Assembly (NCBI RefSeq): GCF_055900595.2
Contig: NZ_CM148325.1
Length of the DNA: 64,000 bases
Direction: 5' to 3' (one strand)
Part shown: piece after piece, positions 1-13,906 of the stretch
Layout: each line of letters opens with the position of its first letter
Numbering within the stretch: position 1 is the stretch's first letter
Notes under the pieces: generated by a model
Seen by the model: the letters and a program-made list of their open reading frames with translations, nothing else
Databases searched by the model: none
Told to the model about the DNA's origin: nothing
Position numbers and translations under genes: made by a program

Positions 1-510
1 TTTTTAGATGCATAACCTACGAGTTGAATGGGGAACTGAACAATCAACTCAGAATCTCATATGAAAACCAGTATTAACTTCGCATAAAATTCATAAAAAA
101 TACTGATTGTTAGTTAATTTATATTAAGCAGGGCTAATAGATTTAATAATCCATAATCATTTAGAGGCTTTTCTTAATTATTTGCGGTAATTCTTTATTC
201 ATTCATCGGTTATTACGACATATTCAGAGCATTCCTGGTATTAGTGTGACCAATTTCATCTGGCGATAATCCTGAAATGTTATGAACAGTTCGAGCAAAC
301 TGCTTTTACCTGCAGCGGGTTGGTGCTAGTATGAAAAAGTGAGTCCTATCCCGCTTCCTTCCTATTTGTAATTTTTCGTAATAATGCGATGAAAACCTGC
401 AAAGAGTGGCTTATAGTTAAGCTAACAAACGAGAGGGCAAGTCCAGGTCAGTAAGTTTTTTCCATCCCGAAAGGTGTCCGTTAGTTCAACCGCTAAGAAG
501 GGGACGCGTT

Positions 511-885
511 ATGGATGAATACTCACCCAAAAGACATGATATCGCACAGCTTAAGTTTCTCTGTGAAACCCTGTATCATGATTGCCTTGCAAACCTTGAA
601 GAAAGCAACCATGGCTGGGTTAACGACCCAACCTCGGCGATCAACCTCCAGTTGAATGAACTGATTGAGCATATTGCGACCTTCGCACTTAATTACAAAA
701 TTAAGTATAATGAAGACAATAAGCTCATTGAGCAGATCGACGAATATCTGGATGACACCTTTATGTTGTTCAGTAGTTATGGTATTAATATGCAGGATCT
801 TCAAAAATGGCGGAAGTCAGGTAATCGACTATTCCGTTGTTTTGTCAATGCGACGAAAGAGAATCCTGCGAGTTTATCTTGTTAG
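511..885 (+). CDS. tomB: Hha toxicity modulator TomB (YbaJ), 124 aa
   Basis: ATG at 511 with upstream AAGAAGGGG RBS; 124-aa product recognised as TomB; immediately upstream of hha as in E. coli. Confidence 0.9.
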
Positions 886-910
886 AATTATTACAACCAT
901 GGGTAGAAGT

Positions 911-1129
911 ATGTCCGAAAAACCTTTAACGAAAACCGATTATTTAATGCGTTTGCGTCGTTGCCAGACAATTGACACGCTGGAGCGTGTTATCGAGAAA
1001 AATAAATACGAATTATCAGATAATGAACTGGCGGTATTTTACTCAGCCGCAGATCACCGCCTCGCCGAATTGACTATGAATAAACTGTACGACAAGATCC
1101 CTTCCTCAGTATGGAAATTTATTCGCTAA
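911..1129 (+). CDS. hha: Haemolysin expression modulator Hha, 72 aa
   Basis: Internal ATG at 911 of the 665..1129 frame gives [72 protein letters not shown], recognised as Hha. Confidence 0.93.
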
Positions 1130-1300
1130 TAAATAATTGGCTTTCGGAGCTATAACCAGCTGTTTATTAATAATTTTATACTTTATCGCCATGAAGGCGC
1201 ACCCTATGTGATCTTCATCACACAGACGTAATGGGAACGTTCTCTTCACTGACTTTTCGTCTTACTGTGTTGCCGCATTTTCAGCAACCGGAGGTCAGTA

Positions 1301-1852
1301 ATGAGCACAGAAAAAGAAAAGATGATTGCTGGTGAGTTGTATCGCTCGGCAGATGAGACGTTATCTCGCGATCGCCTGCGCGCTCGTCAGCTTATTCACC
1401 GATACAATCATTCCCTGGCGGAAGAGCACACATTACGCCAGCAAATTCTCGCTGATTTATTCGGTCAGGTGACAGAGGCTTATATTGAGCCAACGTTTCG
1501 CTGTGACTATGGCTATAACATTTTTCTCGGCAATAATTTTTTCGCCAACTTCGATTGCGTGATGCTTGATGTCTGCCCTATTCGCATCGGTGATAACTGT
1601 ATGTTAGCGCCAGGTGTTCATATCTACACAGCAACACATCCCATCGACCCTGTAGCACGTAATAGCGGTGTTGAACTGGGGAAACCCGTCACCATCGGTA
1701 ATAACGTCTGGATTGGCGGACGCGCAGTCATTAACCCTGGTGTGACCATTGGTGATAACGTCGTGGTAGCCTCAGGTGCAGTTGTCACAAAAGATGTCCC
1801 GGACAATGTTGTCGTGGGCGGTAATCCAGCCAGAATCATTAAAAAATTGTAA
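1301..1852 (+). CDS. maa: Maltose O-acetyltransferase (hexapeptide-repeat acyltransferase), 183 aa
   Basis: Full ORF; hexapeptide-repeat region ([20 protein letters not shown]); position after hha as in E. coli. Confidence 0.9.
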   Translation: MSTEKEKMIAGELYRSADETLSRDRLRARQLIHRYNHSLAEEHTLRQQILADLFGQVTEAYIEPTFRCDYGYNIFLGNNFFANFDCVMLDVCPIRIGDNCMLAPGVHIYTATHPIDPVARNSGVELGKPVTIGNNVWIGGRAVINPGVTIGDNVVVASGAVVTKDVPDNVVVGGNPARIIKKL

Positions 1853-1967
1853 CCTGTTTTTCGCAACTGTTATGCAAAATCGTGGCAAATCTGTTACTTT
1901 CCCTCTACTATTCCCACGTTAAAATAGGGTGTTCCCTGGAAAGTTGCAGATACCACGAAGGCAAACG

Positions 1968-2438
1968 ATGACCGAAATACAACGCCTGCTGACCGAAACG
2001 ATTGAGTCTCTGAATACCCGCGAAAAACGCGACAACAAACCCCGCTTTAGTATCAGTTTTATCCGTAAACATCCGGGGCTGTTTATCGGTATGTACGTTG
2101 CTTTTTTTGCCACCCTGGCGGTGATGTTGCAGTCCGAAACGCTGTCAGGCTCTGTCTGGCTACTGGTTGTATTATTTATCCTGCTTAATGGTTTCTTCTT
2201 TTTCGATGTCTACCCACGCTACCGCTATGAAGATATCGACGTGCTGGATTTCCGCGTTTGCTATAACGGCGAATGGTACAACACGCGCTTTGTACCTGCC
2301 GCGCTGGTTGAAGCCATCCTGAACTCTCCGCGTGTCGCGGATGTTCATAAAGAACAACTGCAAAAAATGATCGTCCGTAAAGGTGAACTGTCTTTTTACG
2401 ATATTTTTACCCTCGCTCGCGCCGAATCAACATCTTAA
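1968..2438 (+). CDS. ylaC: Inner membrane protein YlaC, ~156 aa
   Basis: ATG at 1968 within the 1929 frame ([15 protein letters not shown]...); two hydrophobic segments; synteny. Confidence 0.8.
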
Positions 2439-2595
2439 GTTAGGGTTACATACCAGGCGTAAAGCTCTACGCCTGGTCAAATGACAACGATCGTTTCCAC
2501 CCATCGCTTCATGAAATACCAGCTCTACCTCCTTATCTCCTGCCTGCCTTTTTCCACAATCAGATATACTTTCCCTACACTGTGTTAATAAGGAT

Positions 2596-4152
2596 ATGCT
2601 GGTGAGAACACGACATCTGGTCAGCCTGATTTCGGGAGTACTGATTCTTTCAGTATTACTGCCTGTCGGCTTAAGCATCTGGCTGGCCCATCAGCAAGTA
2701 CAAACATCGTTTATTGAAGAGCTGAATACTTATTCCTCCCGCGTCGCTATTCGGGCCAATAAGGTGGCGATACAAGGGAAAGATGCTCTGCAGGAGCTGG
2801 AAAGGTGGCAAGGTGCGGCCTGTAGCGCAGCCCATCTCATGAAAATGCGTCGGGTATCTTACAGTTATCGCTATATTCAGGAAGTGGTCTATATCGATAA
2901 CAACGTTCCCCAGTGTTCGTCTCTGGAGCATGAAAGCCCACCCGATGCCTTCCCCGAGCCAGGTAAAATTTCGAAAGATGGTTATCGGGTCTGGTTAACA
3001 TCGCATAACGATTTAGGCATTATCCGTTACATGGTCGCCATAGGAACGGCACATTATGTCGTCATGATCGACCCCGCTTCCTTTATTGATGTCATTCCCT
3101 ATAGCTCATGGCAAATTGATGCCGCCATTATTGGCAATGCCCATAATGTTGTCATAACCAGCAGCGATGAAATTGCTCAGGGAATTATTACCAGGCTACA
3201 AAAAACACCCGGTGAGCATATCGAAAATAATGGAATTATTTACGATATCCAGCCCTTCCCGGAGATGAATATTTCGATCATCACCTGGGCTTCAACGAAA
3301 ATGTTGCAGAAAGGCTGGCATCGGCAAGTCTTTATTTGGTTACCGCTCGGGTTGGTGATTGGCCTGCTGGCAGCGATGTTTGTGCTGCGTATTTTGCGCC
3401 GTATCCAGTCACCGCATCATCGGCTGCAGGATGCTATCGAAAATCGTGATATTTGCGTGCACTATCAGCCGATTGTCTCCTTAGCCAATGGCAAAATTGT
3501 CGGTGCTGAGGCACTGGCGCGCTGGCCGCAGACAGACGGTAGTTGGTTGTCACCAGATAGTTTTATTCCGCTGGCACAGCAAACGGGGCTTTCTGAGCCG
3601 TTGACGCTACTGATTATAAAAAGTGTCTTTGAAGATATGGGCGACTGGCTGCGTCAGCATCCGCAGCAGCATATTTCGATCAATCTTGAATCCACCGTGC
3701 TCACCTCGGAAAAAATCCCGCAATTGCTGCGTGAAATGATCAATCACTATCAGGTTAATCCCAGACAGATCGCGCTTGAACTCACTGAACGCGAGTTTGC
3801 CGATCCGAAAACCAGCGCCCCGATAATTTCTCGCTACCGGGAGGCGGGCCATGAAATTTATCTCGATGATTTTGGTACGGGGTATTCAAGTTTAAGCTAT
3901 TTACAGGATCTGGATGTCGACATTCTGAAGATCGATAAATCTTTCGTTGATGCGCTGGAATATAAAAATGTCACGCCACATATCATCGAAATGGCAAAAA
4001 CACTGAAACTGAAAATGGTAGCGGAGGGAATCGAAACCAGTAAACAAGAAGAGTGGCTACGCCAGCATGGCGTGCACTACGGCCAGGGCTGGCTCTATAG
4101 CAAGGCATTACCGAAAGAGGATTTCTTACGCTGGGCCGAGCAACATTTGTGA
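2596..4152 (+). CDS. pdeB: c-di-GMP phosphodiesterase PdeB (YlaB): N-terminal membrane/periplasmic sensor plus C-terminal EAL domain
   Basis: 518-aa ORF; N-terminal TM segment, second TM near residue 250, EAL-domain motifs (EALARW, DDFGTGYSSLSYL, KIDKSF). Confidence 0.88.
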   Translation: MLVRTRHLVSLISGVLILSVLLPVGLSIWLAHQQVQTSFIEELNTYSSRVAIRANKVAIQGKDALQELERWQGAACSAAHLMKMRRVSYSYRYIQEVVYIDNNVPQCSSLEHESPPDAFPEPGKISKDGYRVWLTSHNDLGIIRYMVAIGTAHYVVMIDPASFIDVIPYSSWQIDAAIIGNAHNVVITSSDEIAQGIITRLQKTPGEHIENNGIIYDIQPFPEMNISIITWASTKMLQKGWHRQVFIWLPLGLVIGLLAAMFVLRILRRIQSPHHRLQDAIENRDICVHYQPIVSLANGKIVGAEALARWPQTDGSWLSPDSFIPLAQQTGLSEPLTLLIIKSVFEDMGDWLRQHPQQHISINLESTVLTSEKIPQLLREMINHYQVNPRQIALELTEREFADPKTSAPIISRYREAGHEIYLDDFGTGYSSLSYLQDLDVDILKIDKSFVDALEYKNVTPHIIEMAKTLKLKMVAEGIETSKQEEWLRQHGVHYGQGWLYSKALPKEDFLRWAEQHL

Positions 4153-4193
4153 ATTTTTGGGCTGACGGCACGCCGCACAGCCCGTCACGCTAC

Positions 4194-4547
4194 CTATTCG
4201 TCGATGATTGACTCGAATCCGCCATAGATCATTCGCTTGCCATCAAACGGCATGGACTCGCCGAACTCCTTCATCCGTGGGTCCGACATCATCTTTTGAT
4301 TAGCAGCGTCGCGGACCTCTTTTGAAGGGTATTCAATCCAGCTAAAGACAACCTCTTCATTCTCTTCCGCTTTCACCGCCATACGAAAATCGGTCACTTT
4401 GCCATCCGGTACATCGCTGGCCCAGCATTCGACAATACGAAGCGCGCCAAACTCTTTAAACAATGGCGCGGCCTTAGCGGCCATTTCCCGATAGGCATCC
4501 TTTTTATCGGCAGGAACGGCAACCACAAAACCATCAACATACTTCAT
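4194..4547 (-). CDS. ybaA: DUF1428 family protein YbaA, 117 aa
   Basis: Complete minus-strand ORF starting MKYVDGFVVAVPADKKDAYREMA; synteny next to ffs. Confidence 0.85.
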   Translation of the reverse strand: MKYVDGFVVAVPADKKDAYREMAAKAAPLFKEFGALRIVECWASDVPDGKVTDFRMAVKAEENEEVVFSWIEYPSKEVRDAANQKMMSDPRMKEFGESMPFDGKRMIYGGFESIIDE

Positions 4548-4657
4548 CAGACATACCTCCGAAGCGTACTGCGCAGCCAGACAATTCTTGCGACGTCAGT
4601 TGTGGTTAAAGTTTAGCCATGTTGGGATTTTTTGACGAAACGGGGGGAGGCAAAAAT

Positions 4658-4771
4658 GGGTGGGGGCCCTGCCAGCTACATCCCGGCACACGCGTCATCT
4701 GCCTTGGCTGCTTCCTTCCGGACCTGACCTGGTAAACAGAGTAGCGTTGCGGGAGAACCAACAGAGCCCCC
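4658..4771 (-). ncRNA. ffs: 4.5S RNA, the signal recognition particle RNA (114 nt)
   Basis: The plus-strand sequence gggtgggggccctgccagctacatcccggcacacgcgtcatctgccttggctgcttccttccggacctgacctggtaaacagagtagcgttgcgggagaaccaacagagccccc is the exact reverse complement of E. coli 4.5S RNA (GGGGGCUCUGUUGG...CCCCCACCC). Confidence 0.97.
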
Positions 4772-4847
4772 ATTGAGAGCGTTGAGAACCAACGCGCAGG
4801 CGCATTATCACTGCTGCCCCGGCTAATTGCAACCCATTGCGTGCCAG

Positions 4848-5237
4848 ATGCTGGTTTCTTGCGCAATGCGGCTTCACTCGGGCGTTTTTCCAGATTATGC
4901 TGAAAAATTACCTCAGGAAGAAAAGATGGAAAAAGAAGATTCATTTCCCCAACGCGTCTGGCAAATCGTAGCCGCTATTCCCGAAGGCTATGTCACCACT
5001 TACGGTGATGTGGCGAAACTGGCGGGATCGCCCCGCGCCGCGCGCCAGGTGGGTGGTGTGTTAAAGCGTCTCCCGGAAGGCAGCACCTTGCCCTGGCATC
5101 GGGTGGTTAATCGCCACGGCACCATTTCGCTAACCGGACCGGATTTACAGCGTCAGCGACAGGCATTACTGGCAGAAGGTGTGATGGTGTCAGGAAGAGG
5201 GCAAATCGACTTGCAGCGTTATCGCTGGAACTACTAA
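4848..5237 (+). CDS. atl: Alkyltransferase-like DNA base-flipping protein Atl (YbaZ), 129 aa
   Basis: ATG at 4848 (MLVSCAMRLHSG...) within a frame opened by a TTG at 4827; MGMT-like fold lacking the active-site Cys; synteny. Confidence 0.85.
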   Translation: MLVSCAMRLHSGVFPDYAEKLPQEEKMEKEDSFPQRVWQIVAAIPEGYVTTYGDVAKLAGSPRAARQVGGVLKRLPEGSTLPWHRVVNRHGTISLTGPDLQRQRQALLAEGVMVSGRGQIDLQRYRWNY

Positions 5238-5267
5238 CCCTCTCCGGGCGGAGAGGGTTAACTTCGC

Positions 5268-5840
5268 TTAATATTGCGTAGGAGCTGGAACTGCCGAAGA
5301 CGGATTCACCTGGGTTGGTGAAGTTGATGGTACGGTAGTCGTTGCGCCACCGCTGGCCTGAACCGGCACGGCGGTTTGCTGCACCGGCACCAATGTCAGG
5401 TCAGCTTTAGTTCCGCCCTGGTTGATCACCGGCTGAACGGTATCGGTAATAAATACCAGTTTGTCATTCACGGTAATCGCCGCACTCAACAGAATACGCG
5501 CGTTCGGCTGAACATCTGCCGGGTTAAATGGCAGAACAAAGCTGAATGGTGACTGTTTACCTTCAGTACGCACCGCTTTTTGAGCCAGCACTTTTGACGG
5601 TGCATCGGCTAATGATGCGTCAGAAAGTGTCACGGTCAGCACGGCATCAGGCGGCAGTGCGACTTTCTGACGGATCCAGACGGTACCGGAAACATTCGGT
5701 TGCTGGATAGCAGGTTGCTGTTTTGCTGAAATAGACGTATTTGCAGCCGGTGCTGGCGTCTGAATATCCGCGCTTTTATCTGCGCAAGCCGCCAACGCAA
5801 TCGCAACCGCTAAACCACTGGCCATGTGCACGAGTTTCAT
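5268..5840 (-). CDS. ybaY: Outer-membrane lipoprotein YbaY, 190 aa
   Basis: Signal peptide with lipobox (LAACADK), Pro/Thr/Ala-rich C-terminus; synteny with tesB. Confidence 0.85.
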   Translation of the reverse strand: MKLVHMASGLAVAIALAACADKSADIQTPAPAANTSISAKQQPAIQQPNVSGTVWIRQKVALPPDAVLTVTLSDASLADAPSKVLAQKAVRTEGKQSPFSFVLPFNPADVQPNARILLSAAITVNDKLVFITDTVQPVINQGGTKADLTLVPVQQTAVPVQASGGATTTVPSTSPTQVNPSSAVPAPTQY

Positions 5841-6057
5841 TCACTTCTCCTTATTATCAATGCACCAGCGGGCTAACTTTCCTCGCCGGAAGAGTGGTTA
5901 ACAAAATAGTAACGTCAACAAGTGTGGCACACATCACGCATTTCTGCCTGTAATTGGCTAGTAATTCAGACTATTGCACCCATCGGACCAGTGGCAAATT
6001 TGCGTTATACTCAACTCACTTTGGCTTGCTGCGGCAGCTTTGTTACTGGAGAGTTAT

Positions 6058-6918
6058 ATGAGTCAGGCGCTAAAAAATTTACTGACATTGTTAAATCTGG
6101 AAAAAATTGAGGAAGGACTCTTTCGCGGCCAGAGTGAAGATTTAGGTTTACGCCAGGTGTTTGGCGGCCAGGTCGTGGGTCAGGCCTTGTATGCTGCAAA
6201 AGAGACTGTCCCTGAAGAGCGGCTGGTCCATTCGTTTCACAGCTACTTTCTTCGCCCAGGCGACAGTAAGAAGCCGATTATTTATGATGTCGAAACGTTG
6301 CGTGACGGTAACAGCTTCAGCGCCCGCCGGGTTGCTGCTATTCAAAACGGTAAACCGATTTTCTATATGACAGCCTCTTTCCAGGCTCCGGAAGCGGGTT
6401 TCGAACATCAAAAAGCTATGCCACCCGCACCCGCACCTGATGGCCTGCCTTCAGAAACGCAAATCGCCCAATCGCTGGCGCACCTGCTGCCGCCAGTGCT
6501 GAAAGATAAATTCATCTGCGATCGTCCGCTGGAAGTCCGTCCGGTAGAATTTCATAACCCACTGAAAGGGCATGTCGCAGAACCACATCGTCAGGTGTGG
6601 ATCCGCGCAAATGGTAGCGTACCGGATGATCTGCGTGTTCATCAGTATCTGCTCGGTTACGCTTCTGATCTTAACTTCCTGCCGGTAGCTTTACAGCCGC
6701 ACGGCATCGGTTTTCTCGAACCAGGGATTCAGATAGCAACCATCGACCATTCCATGTGGTTCCATCGCCCGTTTAATTTGAATGAATGGCTGCTGTATAG
6801 CGTGGAGAGCACCTCGGCGTCCAGCGCACGCGGCTTTGTGCGCGGTGAGTTTTATACCCAGGACGGCGTGCTGATTGCCTCGACCGTTCAGGAAGGGGTA
6901 ATGCGTAATCACAATTAA
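6058..6918 (+). CDS. tesB: Acyl-CoA thioesterase II, 286 aa
   Basis: ATG at 6058 ([42 protein letters not shown]...) recognised as TesB; the upstream part of the 5974 frame is a non-coding extension. Confidence 0.92.
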   Translation: MSQALKNLLTLLNLEKIEEGLFRGQSEDLGLRQVFGGQVVGQALYAAKETVPEERLVHSFHSYFLRPGDSKKPIIYDVETLRDGNSFSARRVAAIQNGKPIFYMTASFQAPEAGFEHQKAMPPAPAPDGLPSETQIAQSLAHLLPPVLKDKFICDRPLEVRPVEFHNPLKGHVAEPHRQVWIRANGSVPDDLRVHQYLLGYASDLNFLPVALQPHGIGFLEPGIQIATIDHSMWFHRPFNLNEWLLYSVESTSASSARGFVRGEFYTQDGVLIASTVQEGVMRNHN

Positions 6919-6957
6919 AAAAAAAGCCGGAGGTGAAAACCGTCCGGCTGTTTTTTG
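6917..6957. terminator. Bidirectional intrinsic terminator between convergent tesB and amtB
   Basis: A-run, GC hairpin gccggaggtgaaaaccgtccggc, then T-run tgttttttg; lies between the tesB stop (6918) and the amtB stop (6967). Confidence 0.75.
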
Positions 6958-6966
6958 CAGTGCTTA

Positions 6967-8253
6967 TTACGCGTTATAGGCATTTTCGCCGTGGCTGTTG
7001 ACGTCCAACCCTTCTCGCTCCTGTTCTTCCGGTACACGCAGACCAACCGTCAGATCCGCCAGTTTGTAGCCAATAAACGCCACCACACCGGACCAGACAA
7101 TCGTAATGGCAATGCTTTCCAGCTGTACCAGCAACTGATGGCCCATCGTCACACCTTCAGCGAAGCCCACTCCGCCCAGCGAACTGGCGGCAAAAATCCC
7201 AGTCATGATACAGCCGACAATGCCACAAACGCCGTGCACACCGAAGACATCACAGGGATCATCCACCCGCAGCAAGCGTTTGAGCATGGTAACGCCCCAC
7301 AAGCCCGCCAGACCAGCGACTACGCCGATAATCAACGCGCCGCCAACACCAATGTAGCCACAGGCTGGCGTCACGCCGACCAGACCGGCAATCGCGCCTG
7401 AACACGCTCCCAGCAGTGAAGGCTTACCACGCAGCGCCCATTCACCGAAGATCCAGCCAAGAATTGCCGCCGCAGTTGCGACCACAGTATTCACAAATGC
7501 CAGTGCTGCAATTTCATTCGCCGTGCCCGCTGACCCGGCATTAAAGCCAAACCAGCCGATATAGAGAATGGCAGTGCCGGTAAAGACCATCGGCAGGTTG
7601 TGCGGTTTAAACGCCTCTTTGCCGAAGCCCACGCGTTTACCAATTAGATATGCGCCCACCAGACCTGCAATAGCGGCGTTAATGTGCACCACCGTGCCAC
7701 CCGCAAAATCCAGCGCACCGTGAGAAGCCAGCAAACCGCCGCCCCAGACCATATGCGCAATCGGAATGTAAGAAAGCGTCAGCCACACCACCACGAAAAT
7801 CAGCACAGCTGAGAAGCGGATCCGTTCCGCCAGCGCCCCGACGATCAAGCCTACGGTAATGCAGGCAAACGATCCCTGAAACGCCACGTGGATATACTGA
7901 TAAATGCTGCCCATCACCGCCGTCAGTTCGATGTTTTTCAGCATCAACCAGTTAATGTTGCCAAAGAAGTTGTTGCCCTCACCAAACGCCAGCGAGTAAC
8001 CGTAAACCACCCAGAGAATACAGACCAGTGCAAACGTCACCGTCACCTGCGTCAGCATCGACAGCACGTTTTTGCCGCGAATTAACCCACCGTAAAACAG
8101 GGCAATACCCGGAATAGTCATAAACAGCACCAGCGCAGTACAAATCATCATAAACGCATTGTCAGCTTTATCGGCCACCGCAGGTGCAGCCATTACCAGT
8201 CCCGGCAGCATCGCCAGTGAAGCAAGCCCAGTTTTTATCGTCGCTATCTTCAT
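6967..8253 (-). CDS. amtB: Ammonium channel AmtB, 428 aa
   Basis: Complete ORF with signal peptide and multiple TM helices; directly downstream of glnK (glnK-amtB operon). Confidence 0.95.
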   Translation of the reverse strand: MKIATIKTGLASLAMLPGLVMAAPAVADKADNAFMMICTALVLFMTIPGIALFYGGLIRGKNVLSMLTQVTVTFALVCILWVVYGYSLAFGEGNNFFGNINWLMLKNIELTAVMGSIYQYIHVAFQGSFACITVGLIVGALAERIRFSAVLIFVVVWLTLSYIPIAHMVWGGGLLASHGALDFAGGTVVHINAAIAGLVGAYLIGKRVGFGKEAFKPHNLPMVFTGTAILYIGWFGFNAGSAGTANEIAALAFVNTVVATAAAILGWIFGEWALRGKPSLLGACSGAIAGLVGVTPACGYIGVGGALIIGVVAGLAGLWGVTMLKRLLRVDDPCDVFGVHGVCGIVGCIMTGIFAASSLGGVGFAEGVTMGHQLLVQLESIAITIVWSGVVAFIGYKLADLTVGLRVPEEQEREGLDVNSHGENAYNA

Positions 8254-8282
8254 TTTTCGTTCCTGTTGCTGTGTGCCAGAGA

Positions 8283-8621
8283 TTACAGCGCCGCTTCGTC
8301 GGCTTCGCCGGTACGAATACGAATGACGCGTTGCAATTCAGCGACGAAGATTTTGCCGTCGCCAATTTTTCCGGTGTAAGCCGCTTTGCTGACGATATCG
8401 ATCACTTCATCGAGTTGGTCATCAGCAATCGCCACATCAATTTTTACTTTTGGCAGAAAGTTGACGCTGTATTCCGCCCCCCGGTACAGCTCGGCATGCC
8501 CTTTCTGACGCCCGAAACCTTTCACTTCGGTGACGGTCAGGCCCTGAATACCAATGGAAGATAACGCTTCACGAACGTCTTCCAGCTTGAATGGTTTGAT
8601 TATCACGGTCACCAGCTTCAT
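8283..8621 (-). CDS. glnK: Nitrogen regulatory protein PII-2 GlnK, 112 aa
   Basis: Internal ATG at 8621 gives MKLVTVIIKPFKLEDVREALSSIGIQGLTVTEVKGFGRQKGH...; the upstream 46 codons of the tool ORF are non-coding. Confidence 0.93.
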   Translation of the reverse strand: MKLVTVIIKPFKLEDVREALSSIGIQGLTVTEVKGFGRQKGHAELYRGAEYSVNFLPKVKIDVAIADDQLDEVIDIVSKAAYTGKIGDGKIFVAELQRVIRIRTGEADEAAL

Positions 8622-8672
8622 AGATCCCCTCCGGTCAGAATTCGGTAATGGTTCTGCTACACGAATAAGGTA

Positions 8673-8689
8673 TTGCAAGCGGTGTGCCA
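8673..8689 (-). promoter_or_regulatory. sigma54 (RpoN) -24/-12 promoter of glnK-amtB
   Basis: Minus-strand sequence TGGCAC-ACCGC-TTGCA matches the sigma54 consensus TGGCAC-N5-TTGCW exactly, about 50 nt upstream of the glnK start. Confidence 0.8.
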
Positions 8690-8801
8690 GAAATGAAAAA
8701 CGAGAAAGAGAGCAGGAAGTTAAGAAGATTGAAAACAAAAACGCACTATGACAGTGCACAGTGCGTTACATTTTTGCACCAACGATGAAATATTGCGCTA
8801 T

Positions 8802-12348
<3,547 letters not shown>

Positions 12349-12377
12349 GCGTAGTGTCCTGACCTGATTCTGGATAT

Positions 12378-12836
12378 TTATTCGATGGGTAAAGAAGTGG
12401 TGTATTTAATCTGTTCCATCGCGAAGCTGGAAGTGACGTCCGACAGCCCCGGCACGCTGTTTACCAGACGCTTATAAAACTCGTCGTAGCGTTTCATATC
12501 GGCAACCTGGACGCGCATCAGATAATCGTATTCCCCGGCCATGCGCCAGAACCCCAGCACTTCTGGCATTTCAGTAACCACCGTGACAAAGCGGCAATAC
12601 CATTCGCTGCTGTGATGTTGCGTTTTTATCAGCACAAAGGCGGTCAGACCGAGGCCAATTTTTTCCGGGTCCAACAGGGCGACTTTGCCGATAAGGATAC
12701 CGTCATCCTCCAACCGTTTCAGTCGCTTCCAGCAAGGCGTGGTTGTCAGATTAACGGCTTCAGCCAGTGCCTGCAAAGAGAGGGTGCAATCCTGCTGTAG
12801 TAAGGCCAGCAGCTTACGGTCAATTTTATCTAACAT
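12378..12836 (-). CDS. decR: Lrp/AsnC-family transcriptional regulator DecR (YbaO), 152 aa
   Basis: ATG at 12836 ([47 protein letters not shown]...) with AsnC-type HTH; the upstream 76 codons of the tool ORF are not part of the gene. Confidence 0.85.
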
Positions 12837-12988
12837 AACCCTTCCACAGAGAAATTTTTTCTCTTTTAATTCTATTTTAAAGGTGAAATCGCGACAATTT
12901 ATTCTGTGCGGTTTAAACACCACGGCACAAAATGACAAATTCAACGCAAAAAAAACCGGGCAATTGCCCGGTGCTGGAAGGGATCTCG

Positions 12989-13807
12989 TTATTCGGGGGA
13001 ATAAGGTAGATGTGGATAGTCCAGCCAGTGCGTCAAATAGTGAGAGACCGCCTGATTTCGGCAATGTCCAATCACCGGTAAATGAGGGAGCTCCGCGCGC
13101 AGTTGCGGCATCGCATTGCCCATAATAAAGCCGCTACCGACGCTGCCTAACATTTCGCGATCGTTCATCGCATCACCAAAGGCCATGCAATCGCGCAACG
13201 ATAAACCTAAATGTTGGGTCAGCACCGTCAATGCAGCGCCTTTATTGCAGCCCACCGGGAGCACTTCGAGGCAATCCGTCGCGGAAAAACACAAATGTGC
13301 ACGCTCGCCTAATGCTTCGTGTAGTTGGATCTGCAAGCGTGTAAGATCGTCGTGATCGCCACAGAAGCAGATCTTGGTGACGCGATCGAGTGGCATTTTT
13401 TTAACATCGATTATCTGATAACGAAAACCGCTATAGACAAATGCCTGCAACAACGCAGGGATCTCTTTTCCGGTAAACCAACCATCGTCATTGAAAATAT
13501 GCATGCTAGCTCGGGTATCCCATTGCTGATACAGCACCAGCTCTGCCACATCCGCAGGTAAATCATCACGATGTAAAAGTTCACCTTCCAGAGAATGCAC
13601 GCGCGTTCCGTTGCCGGTAATCAAATACGCATCCAGCGATAGTGCCCCGAGAATATGCTGCATCTCCAGCGCATGACGACCTGTGGCGAAAGTGAGGGTA
13701 ATGTCGCGTTCACGCAGTCGTGCCAAAGTAGAGAGTGTTTTCTCACCTAAATGATGGTCAGGCATCAATAAAGTGCCGTCCATATCAAATGCTGCCAGAC
13801 GAGCCAT
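12989..13807 (-). CDS. cof: HAD-family phosphatase Cof (HMP-PP phosphatase), ~272 aa
   Basis: [14 protein letters not shown] with the HAD DxDGT motif; synteny. Confidence 0.88.
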
Positions 13808-13906
13808 TTCTTTCTCCACTCTGTGACACGGTTAATAGCGATTGAGTATCACCTGATATATACGGAAGTAATAGTGAATAGTTAAATAATATTGTTCCGG
13901 GTTTAT

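Noticed and set aside
4606-4944. 112-aa minus-strand ORF
   Set aside because: It overlaps the exact-match 4.5S RNA gene ffs and the atl start region; not a protein gene.
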